Origin: the human T2T-CHM13v2.0 reference genome, Homo sapiens | DNA: 64,000 nt | Assembly: GCF_009914755.1 (NCBI RefSeq) | Contig: NC_060932.1 | Direction: 5' to 3' (one strand) | Shown here: positions 24,291-38,935 of the stretch, piece by piece | Layout of the letters: each line of letters begins with the position of its first letter | Numbering within the stretch: the first letter of the stretch is position 1 | Notes under the pieces: model-generated | What the model was told of the DNA's origin: nothing | Databases searched by the model: none | The model's input: only the letters and a program-made list of their open reading frames with translations | Position numbers and translations under genes: made by a program

Positions 24291-25450
24291 TACCCCTTCC
24301 TATCTGTAAGAGCAGATGCTTCTAGGCAAATGGAAACAGTCAAAAGGGGAAAACAGCCCATGACAAGCAGGATGATGAAGGAACGTGGTGGAGAGATGGC
24401 CAGAAGGGAAGAGGGCAGGCTTTGGAAGGAAGAGGGGAAACTGAGGTTTTGGGGAAGGCTTTGGGAGGACACCCTCATGTCTATCCTAGAGGTTTACTTT
24501 GAGATCACGGAAAGGAGGGGTGGGAGGAGAATTCAAAGGCTGCTGTCATGCAGTGCGTCTGCATAGGGGCCCAGGCAATTCTGATTGCATGAAGCGGGAA
24601 TGGAATTAGCTCTATTCCTGCTTGGAGCACAGCACGGTTTGGGCTGCTGGTCGCGTCAGAACTTGTGAGCTTCTTAATAATACACGGGCCACACACCTCC
24701 ACATCTGAGGCCTGGGAGGCTAAGGCTGTGCTCATCTGGTCCTTTCCAAGGAGATAGGATGGAAAGGGAAGAAACCATGGGGGAAAATTCCCAGAAATAA
24801 CTAAAGGGAGGGGAGGCTTATCAAGGGGCTCAGTATTGTAGCTAAGGGAACCTCATAATGGGGTATCTGCCAAGACATGTGTTATGCATTATCTTTTTGT
24901 TGCTGATAAGATCAAGTCCAAGCTCCTCACTCTGTCATTCAAGGCCCCTTTATTATTTGGTTCCACCAGCCCTACACAACCTTCTTCATTCTTCATTCAC
25001 TTAACACATAATTTACTTAGCACCTGCTCAGGCCAGGCACTTCCATAGATACTGGAGGTAGAATGGTCAGGAACATGCAAAGGTGTTTACCTTCTATGAG
25101 TGTCTCCAACAAATGCCTATGTTGGAGGCATTTGTTGTTCCAACAAAGGAATTATGAGTTTCCAACACCAAGGCTTTCTTCCTGCCGCAGTAGACTTTTC
25201 ACTCTAACTTTGTTAGTTCACGAGGTGACTGTGACCTCAGCTCCTGTGGCTGTTTTCTGCTGCACTCTTCTGCTCTTCACTCAGTGACCTCTCTCCCCTG
25301 TATCTACTCAAACTTGAATTTGTCCAATTCTCTCTGTCTTCAAGGCTGTTTTCAAAATCCCACTCATCCACGAGCCCTTCTTTGTTACAGTATAGCTTGC
25401 TTTCTTGCCATTTCCCCTGTGGATTTAGCACCAGTTTCTTTTCTTTATAG

Positions 25451-25959
25451 CAGGGAAACCCCTGGGCCACAGACCAGTACCAGTCTGTGGCCTGTTAGAA
25501 ACCAGGCTGTATGGCAGGAGGTGTGTGGTGGGCCAGTGAAGCTTCATCTGTATTTAAAATTTACAGCCTCTCTCCATTGCTCACATTACCTGTCAGATCA
25601 GCAGTGGCATTAGATTCCAATAGGAGCACCAACCCTATCGTGAACTGCACATGCCAGGGATCTGGGTTCTGTGCTCCTTATGAGAATCTAATGCCTGATG
25701 ATCTGTTGCTGTCTCCATCACCCCCAGATGGGACTGCCTAGTTGCAGGAAAACAAGCTCAGGGCTCCCACTGATTCTACATTATGGTGAGTTGTATAATT
25801 ATTTCATTATATATTACAATGTAATAAGAATAGAAATAAAGTGCACAATAAATGCAATGCGCTTGAATCATCCTGAAACCATCCTCCCATCTCCAGGCCC
25901 ATGAAAAATTTGTCTGCCATGAAACCAGTCCCTTGTGCCAAAAAGATTGGGGAACACTG
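25451..25959 (+). mobile_element. MER1A hAT-Charlie element
   Basis: Diagnostic ctccttatgagaatctaatgcctgatgatctg and cagggctcccactgattctacattatggtgagttgtataa; 8-bp TSD ctttatag (25443-25450) / ctctatag (25960-25967). Confidence 0.92.
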
Positions 25960-25969
25960 CTCTATAGCC

Positions 25970-26140
25970 CTTATCACCATTTTCTGTGCTTTACTTATTT
26001 CTATTTTTGGTTGCTTTTCTTGACTATAAACTTCCTTGAAGGAAGAGCTTCCTGTCTTTTTAATTTACTGCTGTATCCTCAACACTCATAATGGTGTACA
26101 GCATTTAGTAGGCTCCCAACAATATTGCTGAATGAATGAC
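25970..26140. mobile_element. L2 3' end fragment
   Basis: gactataaacttccttgaaggaagag...tagtaggctcccaacaatattgctgaatgaatga. Confidence 0.7.
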
Positions 26141-27477
26141 ACATTCAATCCTCCTGGTTTTAGTCTCCTTAAAGATACACCCTCCTTCTTATCCTTCATT
26201 CGTGTCTCTCTAAGTGATCAACATGATTCTCAATGAATGCTTTTGAGCCAATAGATGACATTGGTTGATGGAAGAAAACAACATTTTGAACACAGCTCCT
26301 GCTTCAATTACTCACAGCTGGAGATAGATTCTCAAATGCAGAAACAGAGCCTGTCTTAACTCACATTCCAAGGAGATCTTTCAGATCTTCAAGACACTCA
26401 CATTTATGTGAAAACAAGACCATTCTCCAAGTAGTTTTATACAGCTAAGTTGCAGGCACTTCATAAAATGATTACTTCCAGTACTTATAAAAACATTTTA
26501 TAGGGTCCTGGAAGAAGGGTTGAAGCCTATAATTCAGATGTGATAGTCATCATCTCCTCTCATATTTGTGGGATTCAAGTCCAAGGCCAAACACCACACA
26601 TCTGAAGCAGTGACACAAACAACCAAAACTGATCTCCCAAGGAGGAAGTGTGAGGCTTTTTCAGGACTGTGTCCCTTCATATTCAGCTTAAAGGCTAAAG
26701 CAGGTTTAGGTCCTGATCCTTGCCAGAAAGGACACAGGTGAGTTGGCTGATGCTTGAATAGTCACAGGTGAACAGGGGAGCAGGAAAATGGGTTTTTGCT
26801 TCCGGACTGCTGCAAAGATGCTTAATCTGAGTGCTCTGGACAGTTCCGGGTCCTCTCCCAGGCCACTGGCTCACCCAGAGGCATGGCCCTTGCATCTTCC
26901 AACAGCATCTTCTAGCTTTGTGCGAAGCAGGAATATGAATAAACCCTTGCTCTTCACTCCCAGCTCCTGTGCAGCTCCCTCCCCTGCCTGGATTAAGCTA
27001 GGGATGAAGATTGGCTATAGGTCTCTGCTCTTTCTCCCCAGCCACTTGGGTAAACAGTCCTAGGCTCCATCTGGACTAGAACACCTGACCAGGGCCTGAC
27101 CTCTATCAGTCATGGGTCCTGTATTCAAATGGACATAATACATATATATAGGAATTTTAATAGCTCATTTAAAACATGCAGGATGTCTTTTTGGAAGCTA
27201 TAATATGGCTTCTAAGTATAGCTGGGCAGACCAAATTTTAACACGCAGAAAGGGATTGGGGCAATTTCCTCTTTAATTTTAAAAGGCAATAGAGTATGGT
27301 ACTGTTTTGATTATAGACATTTTTGAAAATAGGAATTGGCCATGCCTTCCTCTTTCATATAAATGTCACATTTAGAAATCTCAGCTTTGCTTGCAAGAGA
27401 CATCCTTGCTCTTTTCAAACTTAATGAAGCCTTCTGCATTCTCATCTGAGAACTGGCTGGTACTTTCAGGGGGAAGA

Positions 27478-27496
27478 TCAAGGTCAGGGCAGGTCA
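27478..27496 (+). promoter_or_regulatory. Candidate nuclear receptor element: TCAAGGTCA overlapping a perfect DR4 (AGGTCA gggc AGGTCA)
   Basis: Motif match only; no functional evidence in the sequence. Confidence 0.3.
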
Positions 27497-27539
27497 TTCA
27501 TTTCATACCTTTAGTTTCTTTCTTTTCCCTATGACTTGC

Positions 27540-28040
27540 AAATCTCTATGCCTAGACCATCTCTGCCACCTGAGCTCCGTCCTGCACACACAACTATTAC
27601 CAGACATCCCTCCTGATGTTTCCAAACTATCTCATCCTTAACATCATCAAACTGAATTCACCATCTCTCACAAAACCGACTCTTGCTTCTCTGCTTCACT
27701 TTGGGCAGCCTTCCTCTCACTTGTCCAAGCCAGAAACCCACTGTCATCCTCAACCGTCCACTCTCCAACCTCTTCCACAACATCCAATCACCCAGCCCTG
27801 ACTACGAAACCTGTATTCACTTGTTATTGTCCATTCCAGTTCTGGCCACCACCACGTCTAGCTAGAACCTCATATCAGTTTTCTAACTGGGCTTCCTGCT
27901 TCTGGTCTTATCTGCTTCCAACCCATTTCTCACACTCTTGCCAGAGAGATTCTGAGAAAGCAAACATGACACTATCCCTCCCTTGAGTAAGTCATTTCAA
28001 TGATTCTTTACTGAATTAAAGATGAAGTATGAGTTATATA
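27540..28040. mobile_element. L2 fragment
   Basis: Pyrimidine-rich L2 RT-region pattern (caaatctctat...tttctaactgggcttcctgcttc...ttctcacactcttgccagag). Confidence 0.6.
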
Positions 28041-28469
28041 TGAAAACTTATTAGGCCCGGGAGACTGAAAATTCACTTGGCTGGATAAGTAGGTAGTAGA
28101 GCATGGTAATCCAAGTGCCCACCCAGAGACTCTAGTCAGTGTCATAGAAGAGCAGAGAATTACATCCTCCAGGATGTGATCATTTGCGTGACTGTTAACT
28201 CAGCTGAGCGATGTGGCATCTTTTGTTCACTAGGATGTAGGTTAGGGTTATAGTGGTTGAGATATCAGAATTTAATTTTAAGAAATAAATATACGTCTCC
28301 TATAAGGCAGTGTGTCCACTAAAAAACTCTTCTGAAGGCCAAAGAATATTCAGAATGAATTTCCAACTGTTCCAGAGATAGTGGTGACAATGATTCAGAA
28401 AGTTTTGTAAAACCTGGAAGACCCAAGACAGGCATAAAAATACCTGAAGGATCAACATGGGAAGTGGTA

Positions 28470-29021
28470 AAAATACCATTTGACATAGCAATCCCATTAC
28501 TGGGTATATATCCAAAGGAATATAAATCATTCTATTTCAAAGATACATGCGTGTGTATGTTCATTGCAGCACTATTCACAATGTCAAAGACATGGAATCA
28601 ACCCAAATGCCTATCAATGATAGACTGGATAAAGAAAATGTGGTACATATATACCATTGAATACTATGCAGCCATAAAAAGGAATGAGATCATGTCCTTT
28701 GCAGGGACATGGATGGAGTTGGAACCTGTTATCATCAGCAAACTAACACAGGAACAGAAAACCAGACACCACATGTTCTCACTTATAAGTGGGAGCTGAA
28801 TGAACACAGGGACACATGGGGGGAACAACATACACTGGGGCCTGTTTGGGGGGTGTGGTGAATGAGAGCATCAAGAAGAATAGCTAATGGATGCTGGGCT
28901 CAATACTTAAGTGATGGGTTGATCTGTGCAGCAAACCACCATGGCACAAGTTTACCTATGTAACAAATCTGCACATCCTGCAACATGTACCCCGGAACTT
29001 AAAATAAAAGTTGAAGAAAAA
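28470..29021 (+). mobile_element. Older L1PA (L1PA13-16-like) 3' end
   Basis: ORF2 C-terminal peptide (track ORF 28464..28799) and 3' UTR ...ggaacttaaaataaaagttgaagaaaaa. Confidence 0.93.
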
Positions 29022-30539
29022 TAGTCAAACAAAGAAACAAGTGCATTTGAGGCTGTCTCAGAAGGACTAATCCCTGGTACCCGTTGTGATTTTCTGTGAC
29101 CTCACACCAGCCATGTTTCTAAGAAAAAGTCGTTTCCCGCTGTCGGGATTCCCCTCTGAAATGCTCACCCAATATCTGCTCCAATTAGGTGATTAATTCA
29201 GAACATATCAGATCACCACCAATAATAGTTTCTGGATGTGCTGTTAGAGAACAATAGTGTTGGTCAGCAATCTCAGCACAGATGTACTAATTCCCCAGGT
29301 GGGTGTGGAAGCAGTAAAACTTTTACTCAACTGTAGTTATCAATTTCTCTCTCTCTCACTCACAGAAAAATGTTCATGAGAAGAAAAGAAAGCTGACACA
29401 GTTCGTCAAAATGAAAATAATGAGACTCACTATTGTTGTTTATTCAGATTTGATTTTGGAGAGTTAGAAGAGTTTCTATCTCAAGATAGGAATTGGTGTT
29501 AGCAAGTGACTGCCTTCAGAATGTGTTAGAACCTGGGGATCTGGCATGACTCTATTTTCCTAAGTTTTTCATAAGGCTTATACTATCTAAGAATAACTAA
29601 AGAAGAAGGCTGCTAGGGAGACCAACCAGGAGGCTAGCATATTGGTTTGGGGTCAGAGCTCTAACCGATGGCTGAAAGCTATAGGAAGACTGATTTGGGC
29701 TGCCCTGGAACTTGGCTTTACCATCAATGATACATGAAAAGTATCTCAGAATAGGCGGGATACCCACTCACTGAGGCCAGAGACTGGGGAGTTAAGTACC
29801 ACACAGCATCCTATTAAAATACTCTTTAGGGGACATTTAAATCCTGAAATTTTACAACTTATTGAGAAAGCAAAAATTATTGGTGGAGAGAAAGTTGATT
29901 GTTTTTTGAATGTTGAATGAATGAATGTTGAATGAATGAAAAAATTGAATGTCTTGCTTCCCTTTTAATATTGCAATAAGGTGTACATTAGAAGCATTTT
30001 AAAGGGCATATATATATAAGAATATGGATATATTATTGGACATGACAACTTATTTAGCATGATTTATCTGTTTCTGAGAATGAGACTAGTCTATATGTAT
30101 TTCAATAACTCCTAAATTTTCTCCATTTAGCATTCATTACACACATTTTGATCTAATTTGTTGTTGAAGCCATTTATAATCACCTCATATAAACACTTAA
30201 GGCAACAAGAGCTGAGCTGACGTCTGGACTACAAATACGCAAGGATGTCAACATTCAGAAAAGATCAGGAACTTGCTCAGGGTTACACAGCCAGTGAGCA
30301 AAACGACTAGGTTAAAAACTCTGTTCTTCAGATTTCCAGTTTAGAAATCTTTCTTTTAATTGACACATTGATTTTTTTTTCAATTGCAAGAGTAGAAATA
30401 TCCTCCAATTATTTGGGGGCTCTCAGAAACCCTACTCTAAAAAAACATGAATACATTCAAGCTGAGTATCTGCAGCTAGCATTCAGCCATCAAGCGAGTG
30501 GCTTCAGTCCTTGCTTATTTCAGCTCATGATTCATACAT

Positions 30540-31760
<1,221 letters not shown>

Positions 31761-31761
31761 T

Positions 31762-31985
31762 TTATAGAGCACTCATTATGTGGCAGACATCATGCAAAAT
31801 ATTACACAAACATTATCCCATTTAATTCTCCCAAGAACATGATGTGACTGTATTACCAACCTCATCTTACAGATGAGGAAACTGAGGCTTAAGGAGTTTA
31901 ATTTGCAACTAAGGAAAATAGCTGAGCTCAGATTCAAATTCAGGCTTCATGCCCAAACTCATGTTTTAAATTTCTAGATGATGCT
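31762..31985. mobile_element. MIR SINE
   Basis: catcttacagatgaggaaactgaggcttaaggagttt. Confidence 0.85.
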
Positions 31986-33364
31986 ATCTGCGAATCTGTC
32001 ACTGCTTTGCTGGCTTTATAGTGAAAATAGTGCACAGAGCCATAGTACTTGAAGTTCAAAACAAAGACAATCATCAGAATAGCCAAGAAAATTAATCACA
32101 CATTCCATGTCCTATTTTTTCAGAAAGCAGAGACATGTGTAATTCAAATTATTAATACAAAAATAAAATTCTCGAATGTTAATAATTAGGTTTGTTCAGA
32201 ATAGACATGTTTGGACATGGAAAAAAAACCCACACATACTATATTCTGTCTGAAAAGACTTTGACAAAATGCAACTAATAAAGTACGCCTAAAAAACAAT
32301 CAGGTAAGATTGGTCAGAAAGTATGATCTGTTATGTATGACAAAATCTGGGTGAAAGTGTAGGAATAAAAGGAGAACTGTCATCTGTAGTTCTTGGATAT
32401 GGAGAGAAGGGAAAAGTGAAGGAGAGATGATAACAGAAATAGTTACCATCTCGTGTGCTGCATAAAAATATCAATGCCTGACACAGACTTCTTAGTTCTT
32501 AGTACTTGTTCCCCAGGGAGGAAATCCCGACAGCTCACTTGGTAGTTCAGGGATGAGGGCAAGATTGTTCCCTTTTCTGTGCCTCAGTTTCCTGGCACAC
32601 GTAAGTTCAGTGTCTGGCTGTAAGCATTTGCTCATTTGCTATCCCAGAGCTATGATCAGTTTCCTTCCTCTGCATGTAGCAGCTCTGCATCTACTTTCAG
32701 GGTATCTTCTCAGTCATTAGTGCTATCTTGTCTATTTTTTTTTTTTAACATTTGGGGATAATTTCCAAGGTCAGAAACCGGACATTGAGTACATCTTCCT
32801 GCAGAGATGCCCCTGGATGTGTGGTTCTGGTTTACACAATGGTTACCCAGATGCCACACCTGTCAGCTGCTCTGAGAATCCCCAAGTATTTCAAGAGAAT
32901 TTCTCTTATTCAGAGTGCTGGGGAAAAGACATATTCACAGAGAAATGTGCTCACATTTCTTGCATAGCCTGTTGTCCAATATTACCTAATTGTGGCTACA
33001 GAAAGATAAGGTATAATTTTATTTATTTGGGATTTTTTTCAAGGCTAAGTTGAATCTAATCAGGTAAATAATAGGTGTGTTTCTACAAGTTGTGCTAAGT
33101 CTACTCTAGAGCTGAGGCCATATGTTTATTACATAGGATTTCTTGCTGGAATTTCTTCCATGGATACCTGGGCTTTCTATCACATCTGGCACTTTGTTTC
33201 TTCTTTTTGTCACTTTTAGAGAAAAAGCCTCCCAGAAATTAGACATAATTTTTGAAAAAGAGTTAGAGAAGTTTTTAAGTTTCATGATCTCATAACCCAT
33301 GTGGAGAGTTCTTCCTAGCACCATGAGGGTGATGATGGTGGCACTAATAATAGTAATTATAACA

Positions 33365-33600
33365 GTAGATGTAATTTATTAGTAATTTCAACTGTCCAGC
33401 AATGTGCTAAGTACTTTTCATGCACCACCTCATCTCCTCATATCAACCATGTAAGGTAGGCATTGTTTATCCCCATTTTACAAATGAGGAAAATGAGACT
33501 CGGGGAGTTTAATAATTTGCCAAAAAACAATCAGCCAATAAGAGTGAAGCTGGGTTCAAACCCATGCTTGCCTGGCTCCAGACCCTGTCCTGTACCTGCT
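33365..33600. mobile_element. MIR SINE
   Basis: atccccattttacaaatgaggaaaatgagactcggggagtttaataatttgcc...ctgggttcaaaccc. Confidence 0.85.
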
Positions 33601-33764
33601 AACACCGAATGCGCTACAACCCACTGCCTGGTTTCTCTACTGCTGTATAGTGCTGTGTGCTTATTGCCAAATTTTCACTGGCAAAATCAGATCCTGATTT
33701 AGACAACAAAACAAAGCAATTTGAATCAATTATTAAGAAATTTTATGGTTAAAAATATATATTT

Positions 33765-33966
33765 TTAAAATTTTACTTTAAGTTCTGGGATACATGTGCG
33801 GAACGTGCACATTTGTTACACAGACATACATGTGCAATGGTGGCCTGCTGCATGCACCAACACGTCATCCAGGTTCCAAGCCCCACATGCATTAGACCTA
33901 TGTCTTAATGCCCCCATTCCCCTTTTCCCCCCACCCCTGACAGGCCTCCAGGTGTGATGTTCCCCT
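33765..33966 (-). mobile_element. L1PA 3' terminal fragment (antisense)
   Basis: ttttactttaagttctgggatacatgtgcggaacgtgca...tgtgatgttcccct. Confidence 0.9.
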
Positions 33967-33984
33967 AAATTGTTTTTAAAAAGG

Positions 33985-35600
33985 GTAAAATTCATATGGA
34001 ACCACAAAAGACCCCAAATGGCCAAAGCAATCCTGAGCAAAAAGAACAAAGCTAGAGGCAACACACTACATGCCTTCAAAATATGTTGTGAAGCTACAGT
34101 GATCAAAACAGCATGGTACTGATGTAAAAATAGACACATAGACCAATGGAATAGAATAGAGAATCCAGAAATCAATCCATGCATTTGCAGCTAACTGATT
34201 TTCAACAAAGCTGCCAAGAACATACAGTGGGGCAAGGATAGTATTTTTGATAAATGGTGCTGGGAAAATTGGATATCCATATGCAGAAGAATGAAACTTC
34301 TAAACTCCTATCTCTCCCCTTATATAAAAATTCACCAAAACAGTTTCAAAACTTAAATGTAAGACCAAAAACTATAAATATACTAGAAGAAAATATAAGG
34401 GAAATGCTTCAGGACATTGGTCTGGGAAAAATTTAATAAACAAGACCTCAAAAGCACAGGAAACAAAAGCAAAAATAGACAAACGGGATTATATCAAACT
34501 AAAAACCTTCTGCACAGCAAAGGAAACAAGCTATGCATCTGACAACAGATTAATATCCAGAATATAAACGGAATTTAAACTATTAAACAGTGAAAAATGT
34601 GATAATCCAATTAAAAAGGGAAAATAATCTGAACAGATATTTCTCAAAAGAAGACATACAAATGGCTAACCAATATATAAAAATATCACGAATCATCAGG
34701 TATATGCAAATCCAAACCACAATGAGATATCTTCTTACCCCAGTAAAAATGTCTTCATCAAAAAGAAAAAACATAACAAATGCTGGTGAGGATGGGAAGA
34801 AAAGGGAACTATTATACACTGTTGGTGGGAATGTAAACTAGTACAGCCATTGTAAAGAACATTATGGTGGTTCCTCAAAAAACCAAATACAAGTAGAACT
34901 ACCATGATCCAGCAATCCAGCTACTGGGTATATAGCCAAAGGAAAGGAAATCAGTACCTTTAAGGGATCTCTGCACTTCTGTGTTTATTGCAATGCTATT
35001 CACGATAGCCAATATATGGAATCAACCTAAGTATTTATCAAAAGATGAATGGATAACAGAAATGTGGTATATATACACAATAGAATACTACTCAGCCCTA
35101 AAAAAGAATGAAATTCTGTCATTTGTGGCAACATGGATGAGCCTGGAGGACACTGTGTTAGGTGAAATAAGCCAGGAACAGAAAGATAAATACCACATGT
35201 TCTCACTCATATGCAGAAGCTAAAAAAGTTGGTCTCGTAGAAGCAGAGATTAGAATAGTGGTTACTGAAGGCTGGGAAGAATCGTGGGGAGGGGGATAGG
35301 GAGAGATTGGGTAAAGGATACAAAATTACAGCTAGATAGGAGGAATAAGTTCTAGTGTTCTATAGCACTATAAGATGACTATAGTTAAAAAGTTGTGATA
35401 TATTGTTGGATGGCTAGAACAGTTTGAATGTTTCCAACACAAAGAAATGATCTTATAAATGTTTGAAGTGATGGATATGTTAATCACTCTAATTTGACCA
35501 CTATACATTATATATATCAAAACATCACTATGTGCCCCATAAATATAATATGTATGGTTATTTTGTGTCAATTAAAGAAATAAAATAAAAATAAATTGTT
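33985..35600 (+). mobile_element. L1MA (L1MA4/5-like) ORF2 3' part and 3' UTR
   Basis: Broken ORF2 peptides (track ORFs at 34590 and 34981) and 3' UTR gctagataggaggaataagttctagtgttctatagcac, then an A-rich tail. Confidence 0.92.
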
Positions 35601-35807
35601 AAAAACTTCCTAACATAGAAATTATAGTGACTTTCTCTTTGGAATAAGTTTGATCTATATTCAGGCACCAAAACAGTTTGAAGAAGGTCATAGCAACCAT
35701 GTTTAAAAATTACTGTGTCTTTTAAGATACAAAATTAATATATGCTAAATTTTTACAATCTGTGGTATCCACAATTGGTATGCCTCCCATGCACATATAG
35801 GTGCATG

Positions 35808-35841
35808 TGTACACACACATACACACACTCACACACACACA
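35808..35841. repeat. Imperfect (CA)n
   Basis: acacacacatacacacactcacacacacac. Confidence 0.85.
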
Positions 35842-35899
35842 ATACAAAAATCAACCATGATGCTACAATCTAGAAATAAGACCAGATTTTAAACAACTA

Positions 35900-36265
35900 T
35901 GATTGTATTTAGAGCACATGCTTTTTACCAGCCTTTATGTAATATGTCATGAACATTTTGCTATTTTATTTTTATTATAGAACACAATTTTTCATGGCAT
36001 CTTAGTATTTCATTGCATGAATATAACAAAATTTATCTACTTCTGCTAATTTGAATATTTTGGTTATTTCCAGTTTCCTCTATTATAAATAACTATGAAA
36101 TAAATATTTGTGTGGATAGATTTGGAGTATTTTCTTAAGTTACATTTCTAGAGAAAGAATTCTGGGTCATATAATATAAATTTCATAAGGTTTTTGATCC
36201 GTATTGCCAAATTGCTCTCTGGAGAGGCTATACCTACTTATACTTATCCAGCAGTGAAAAGTAAT
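35900..36265 (-). mobile_element. Old L1 (L1ME-like) antisense fragment
   Basis: tagtatttcattgcatgaatata...ttatttccagtttc...tattgccaaattgctctc. Confidence 0.65.
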
Positions 36266-37199
36266 GACAGTATGGCGATGATGATGGCAGTAAATTATGA
36301 GTGCCCACTGGGTGCTAAACTCCTAGAGCTTCACATGCAGCAGCTGATCTAATTTTCCCAGGTGTTCAGTGAGGTTGGGTGCCACGAAGCCTGTTTTATA
36401 TAGGCAGGTTTTATCTGCATAGGAACTAAGAAAGACATTCTTGCCAAAGACTACAAGGGTCTGCCTGACCTGGCCTCTGCCATTTGGTAAGAAAACATTT
36501 AACAGCCATGCCAAAGTGCTTTTTACTTCTTAAACTGCCCAGATTTTCCTAACAAAGCTTTTGTATTCATTCATGTTCCCTCTTCTTGAGATGTTCTTCC
36601 CTTGGGTTTGCAGGTCTAGACCTTTCTCTTTTATGTCTCAGCTCAGAGGCTGTTCAGTGAGGCTGGGTGCCACAAAGATGCATTTTCTAAACATGTAATC
36701 TAAAGGATACTTCTGTCCCTACTTCCCAATATCCCTAACACCAGCCTCCCTATCACATCAGCCCACTGTATTTCTTTAATGGCTCTTGTCCTTTTCTGAA
36801 ACATTTAAAAATTGTCTGTTTCACTTATGAAATGTAATTTCCCTAAGGACAAGGAGCACTAGAATGGAGGCTGGTAAACAGTAGGAATACAATACATGCT
36901 TGCTGGCTGATGAATAAATGCCCATATGAAAGGAAAGCTACAAAGCAGCCATCAGGATTGGAACCCAAGTGCGCTTTTGAATCTTGCTTTAATCATTGCA
37001 ATCTACAGAGGATGTCTCCTATCCCACCCTCAGCAGCAGTATGTATTTATTTGCTCTTTGCCAATTTGATAGGTAAAATATGATATATTTTAATATTTTA
37101 TTAGTTATTTGTATTTCTGCTTTTGTTAATTACCTCTGCCCATTTTTTCCATTAGTTAGTCATCTTTTCTCATTTTTTGTATTTATCAATATTTGTATT

Positions 37200-38935
37200 A
37201 GACCTCTAAATATATCCTTGCCAGGTAAGAAAACAGGTAGAAAAGAAGAATACATGATTAATTTGATAGATGTAGAAAGACATTAAGTAGAATTCATCAC
37301 CAATTCTGGATAAAATCATTTTAATGCATATAGACTGGAAGGACATTCTCTTAGTAGCACAAAGAAGACCTGTAAGTTCCATCACAATATTTCACAAAGA
37401 ACTGCCAAAAACATAGACATTTAACTCAGTACTTTCTCACTCATGCTTTGCCTTAGGTTCTTTATGTAGTAAATGTTTACTTTGTAAGCATCAAATGAAT
37501 TAATGTAGACAGGAATATATAGATCAGTGTCTGGCACATAGTAAGGTCATATACGTTGGTGATTATTGTTATTACCACTATATAACATAAACAAGTAAAA
37601 TAATGAGTTTGTAACCATTCATTAATTATTGCTTACATTTTTAGTACATCCATGCTCACCCTTTCATGAGTAAAATTAAGTATGAACATGTTCAAATATG
37701 TGAATTACAAAAATAAATGTAAATGGATTAAAGTGCTGTGTTAAAAAATAAAGCCTCTCACACTGAATTAAGAAAAAAATTGAATATATACTGTTATGAA
37801 AGACACAAAAGACATGGTTACAAAAATAATATGGTTTGGAAATATATACTAAGCCTAGGTAAAAAAAATAAACTGAGACGGTAATATTAGTATTAAACAA
37901 AGCAGACTCCATGACATAAAGCATTTCATGGAATAGACAGGATTATTTTAGGTTGATAAAAGTCATGCTTACCAATAGAGCCATATTTATTAAATTTTAT
38001 GTACCAAGAGATAGCAAATACATAGGTATATGTATGTATATTTTTAAAATGCTTAAAAATTGATAAAATTTTACTTGAAGTAGATGACTAAGATACAGAC
38101 AACAAAATATGTATCAAGTTTTCAGTTCAAGAGTAAATCAATGACAACTTAGAAAATACTGAAAATGAGAGCTTCATGCAAGAAGCCAAAGTTATTCTCC
38201 TCTGTGAAGTCTTAGATGGTTATATTTAAACAAGAAAGACACAAATAGCTTAATTTGGGCATTAGAGTAAATAAGTTGGAAAAGAACTACAAATTAAAAC
38301 AAAGGAAGCAAAAATTAATGAATTAAAAAGCAGAAAATCATTAGAATTAATTAGTACATTTAAGCTGATTCATTGAAAAGACTTTAAACTGGACATGCCT
38401 CTGACAAGCCTGACTAGAAAGTAAGAGGAAGAGTATAATTGTCCATCAGTAATAAGAAATAATATATTTTCAGATGCTGAAAAAAGTGAAAGCAATTTCA
38501 AGTAAAAAACCGTATGCAGATAACATGAAGAATTTTGATAAATTTGAAGATATTTGTCTAATTTTATTCAAGGAGAAATAATATATGAAAACTATAATGA
38601 TTATAGAAGACACAAAAATTGACAAAATTTATCCTTAGAAACTGTTGGATCCAAATAATTTATATTCATGCTATATAAGTATTTTCAGAGTCTTTAAGTA
38701 TGTAAAAATGCTTCCTAATTCACTTTCAAAGCTAGCATAATCTTGATCTCAAAACTGAGAAATAGAGCCAAATCAAAAGAAAACAAATAAAAAGTAAATA
38801 TGAACAACCCACTGTCACCACAAAACAAACAATCCCACAGACTTGTATCATTTAGAAATGAAGTTGAAATACAATGAAAGTTGTCGATTATATCTACCAG
38901 TCTATTAAGTAAAAACAAACCATGATCAAGTAGGG
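37200..38935 (+). mobile_element. Degraded L1M ORF2 fragments
   Basis: A-rich; aaatgtaaatggattaaa (endonuclease start), catgatcaagtaggg (HDQVG), atagatgtagaaagacatt. Confidence 0.6.

Noticed and set aside
29907-29950. gaatgttgaatgaat tandem repeat
   Set aside because: Typical (GAAT)n L2-tail-like simple repeat.
33765-35600. Adjacent antisense and sense L1 pieces resembling a twin-priming inversion
   Set aside because: Each piece has its own 3' end and they look like different subfamilies (L1PA vs L1MA), so they are independent insertions.
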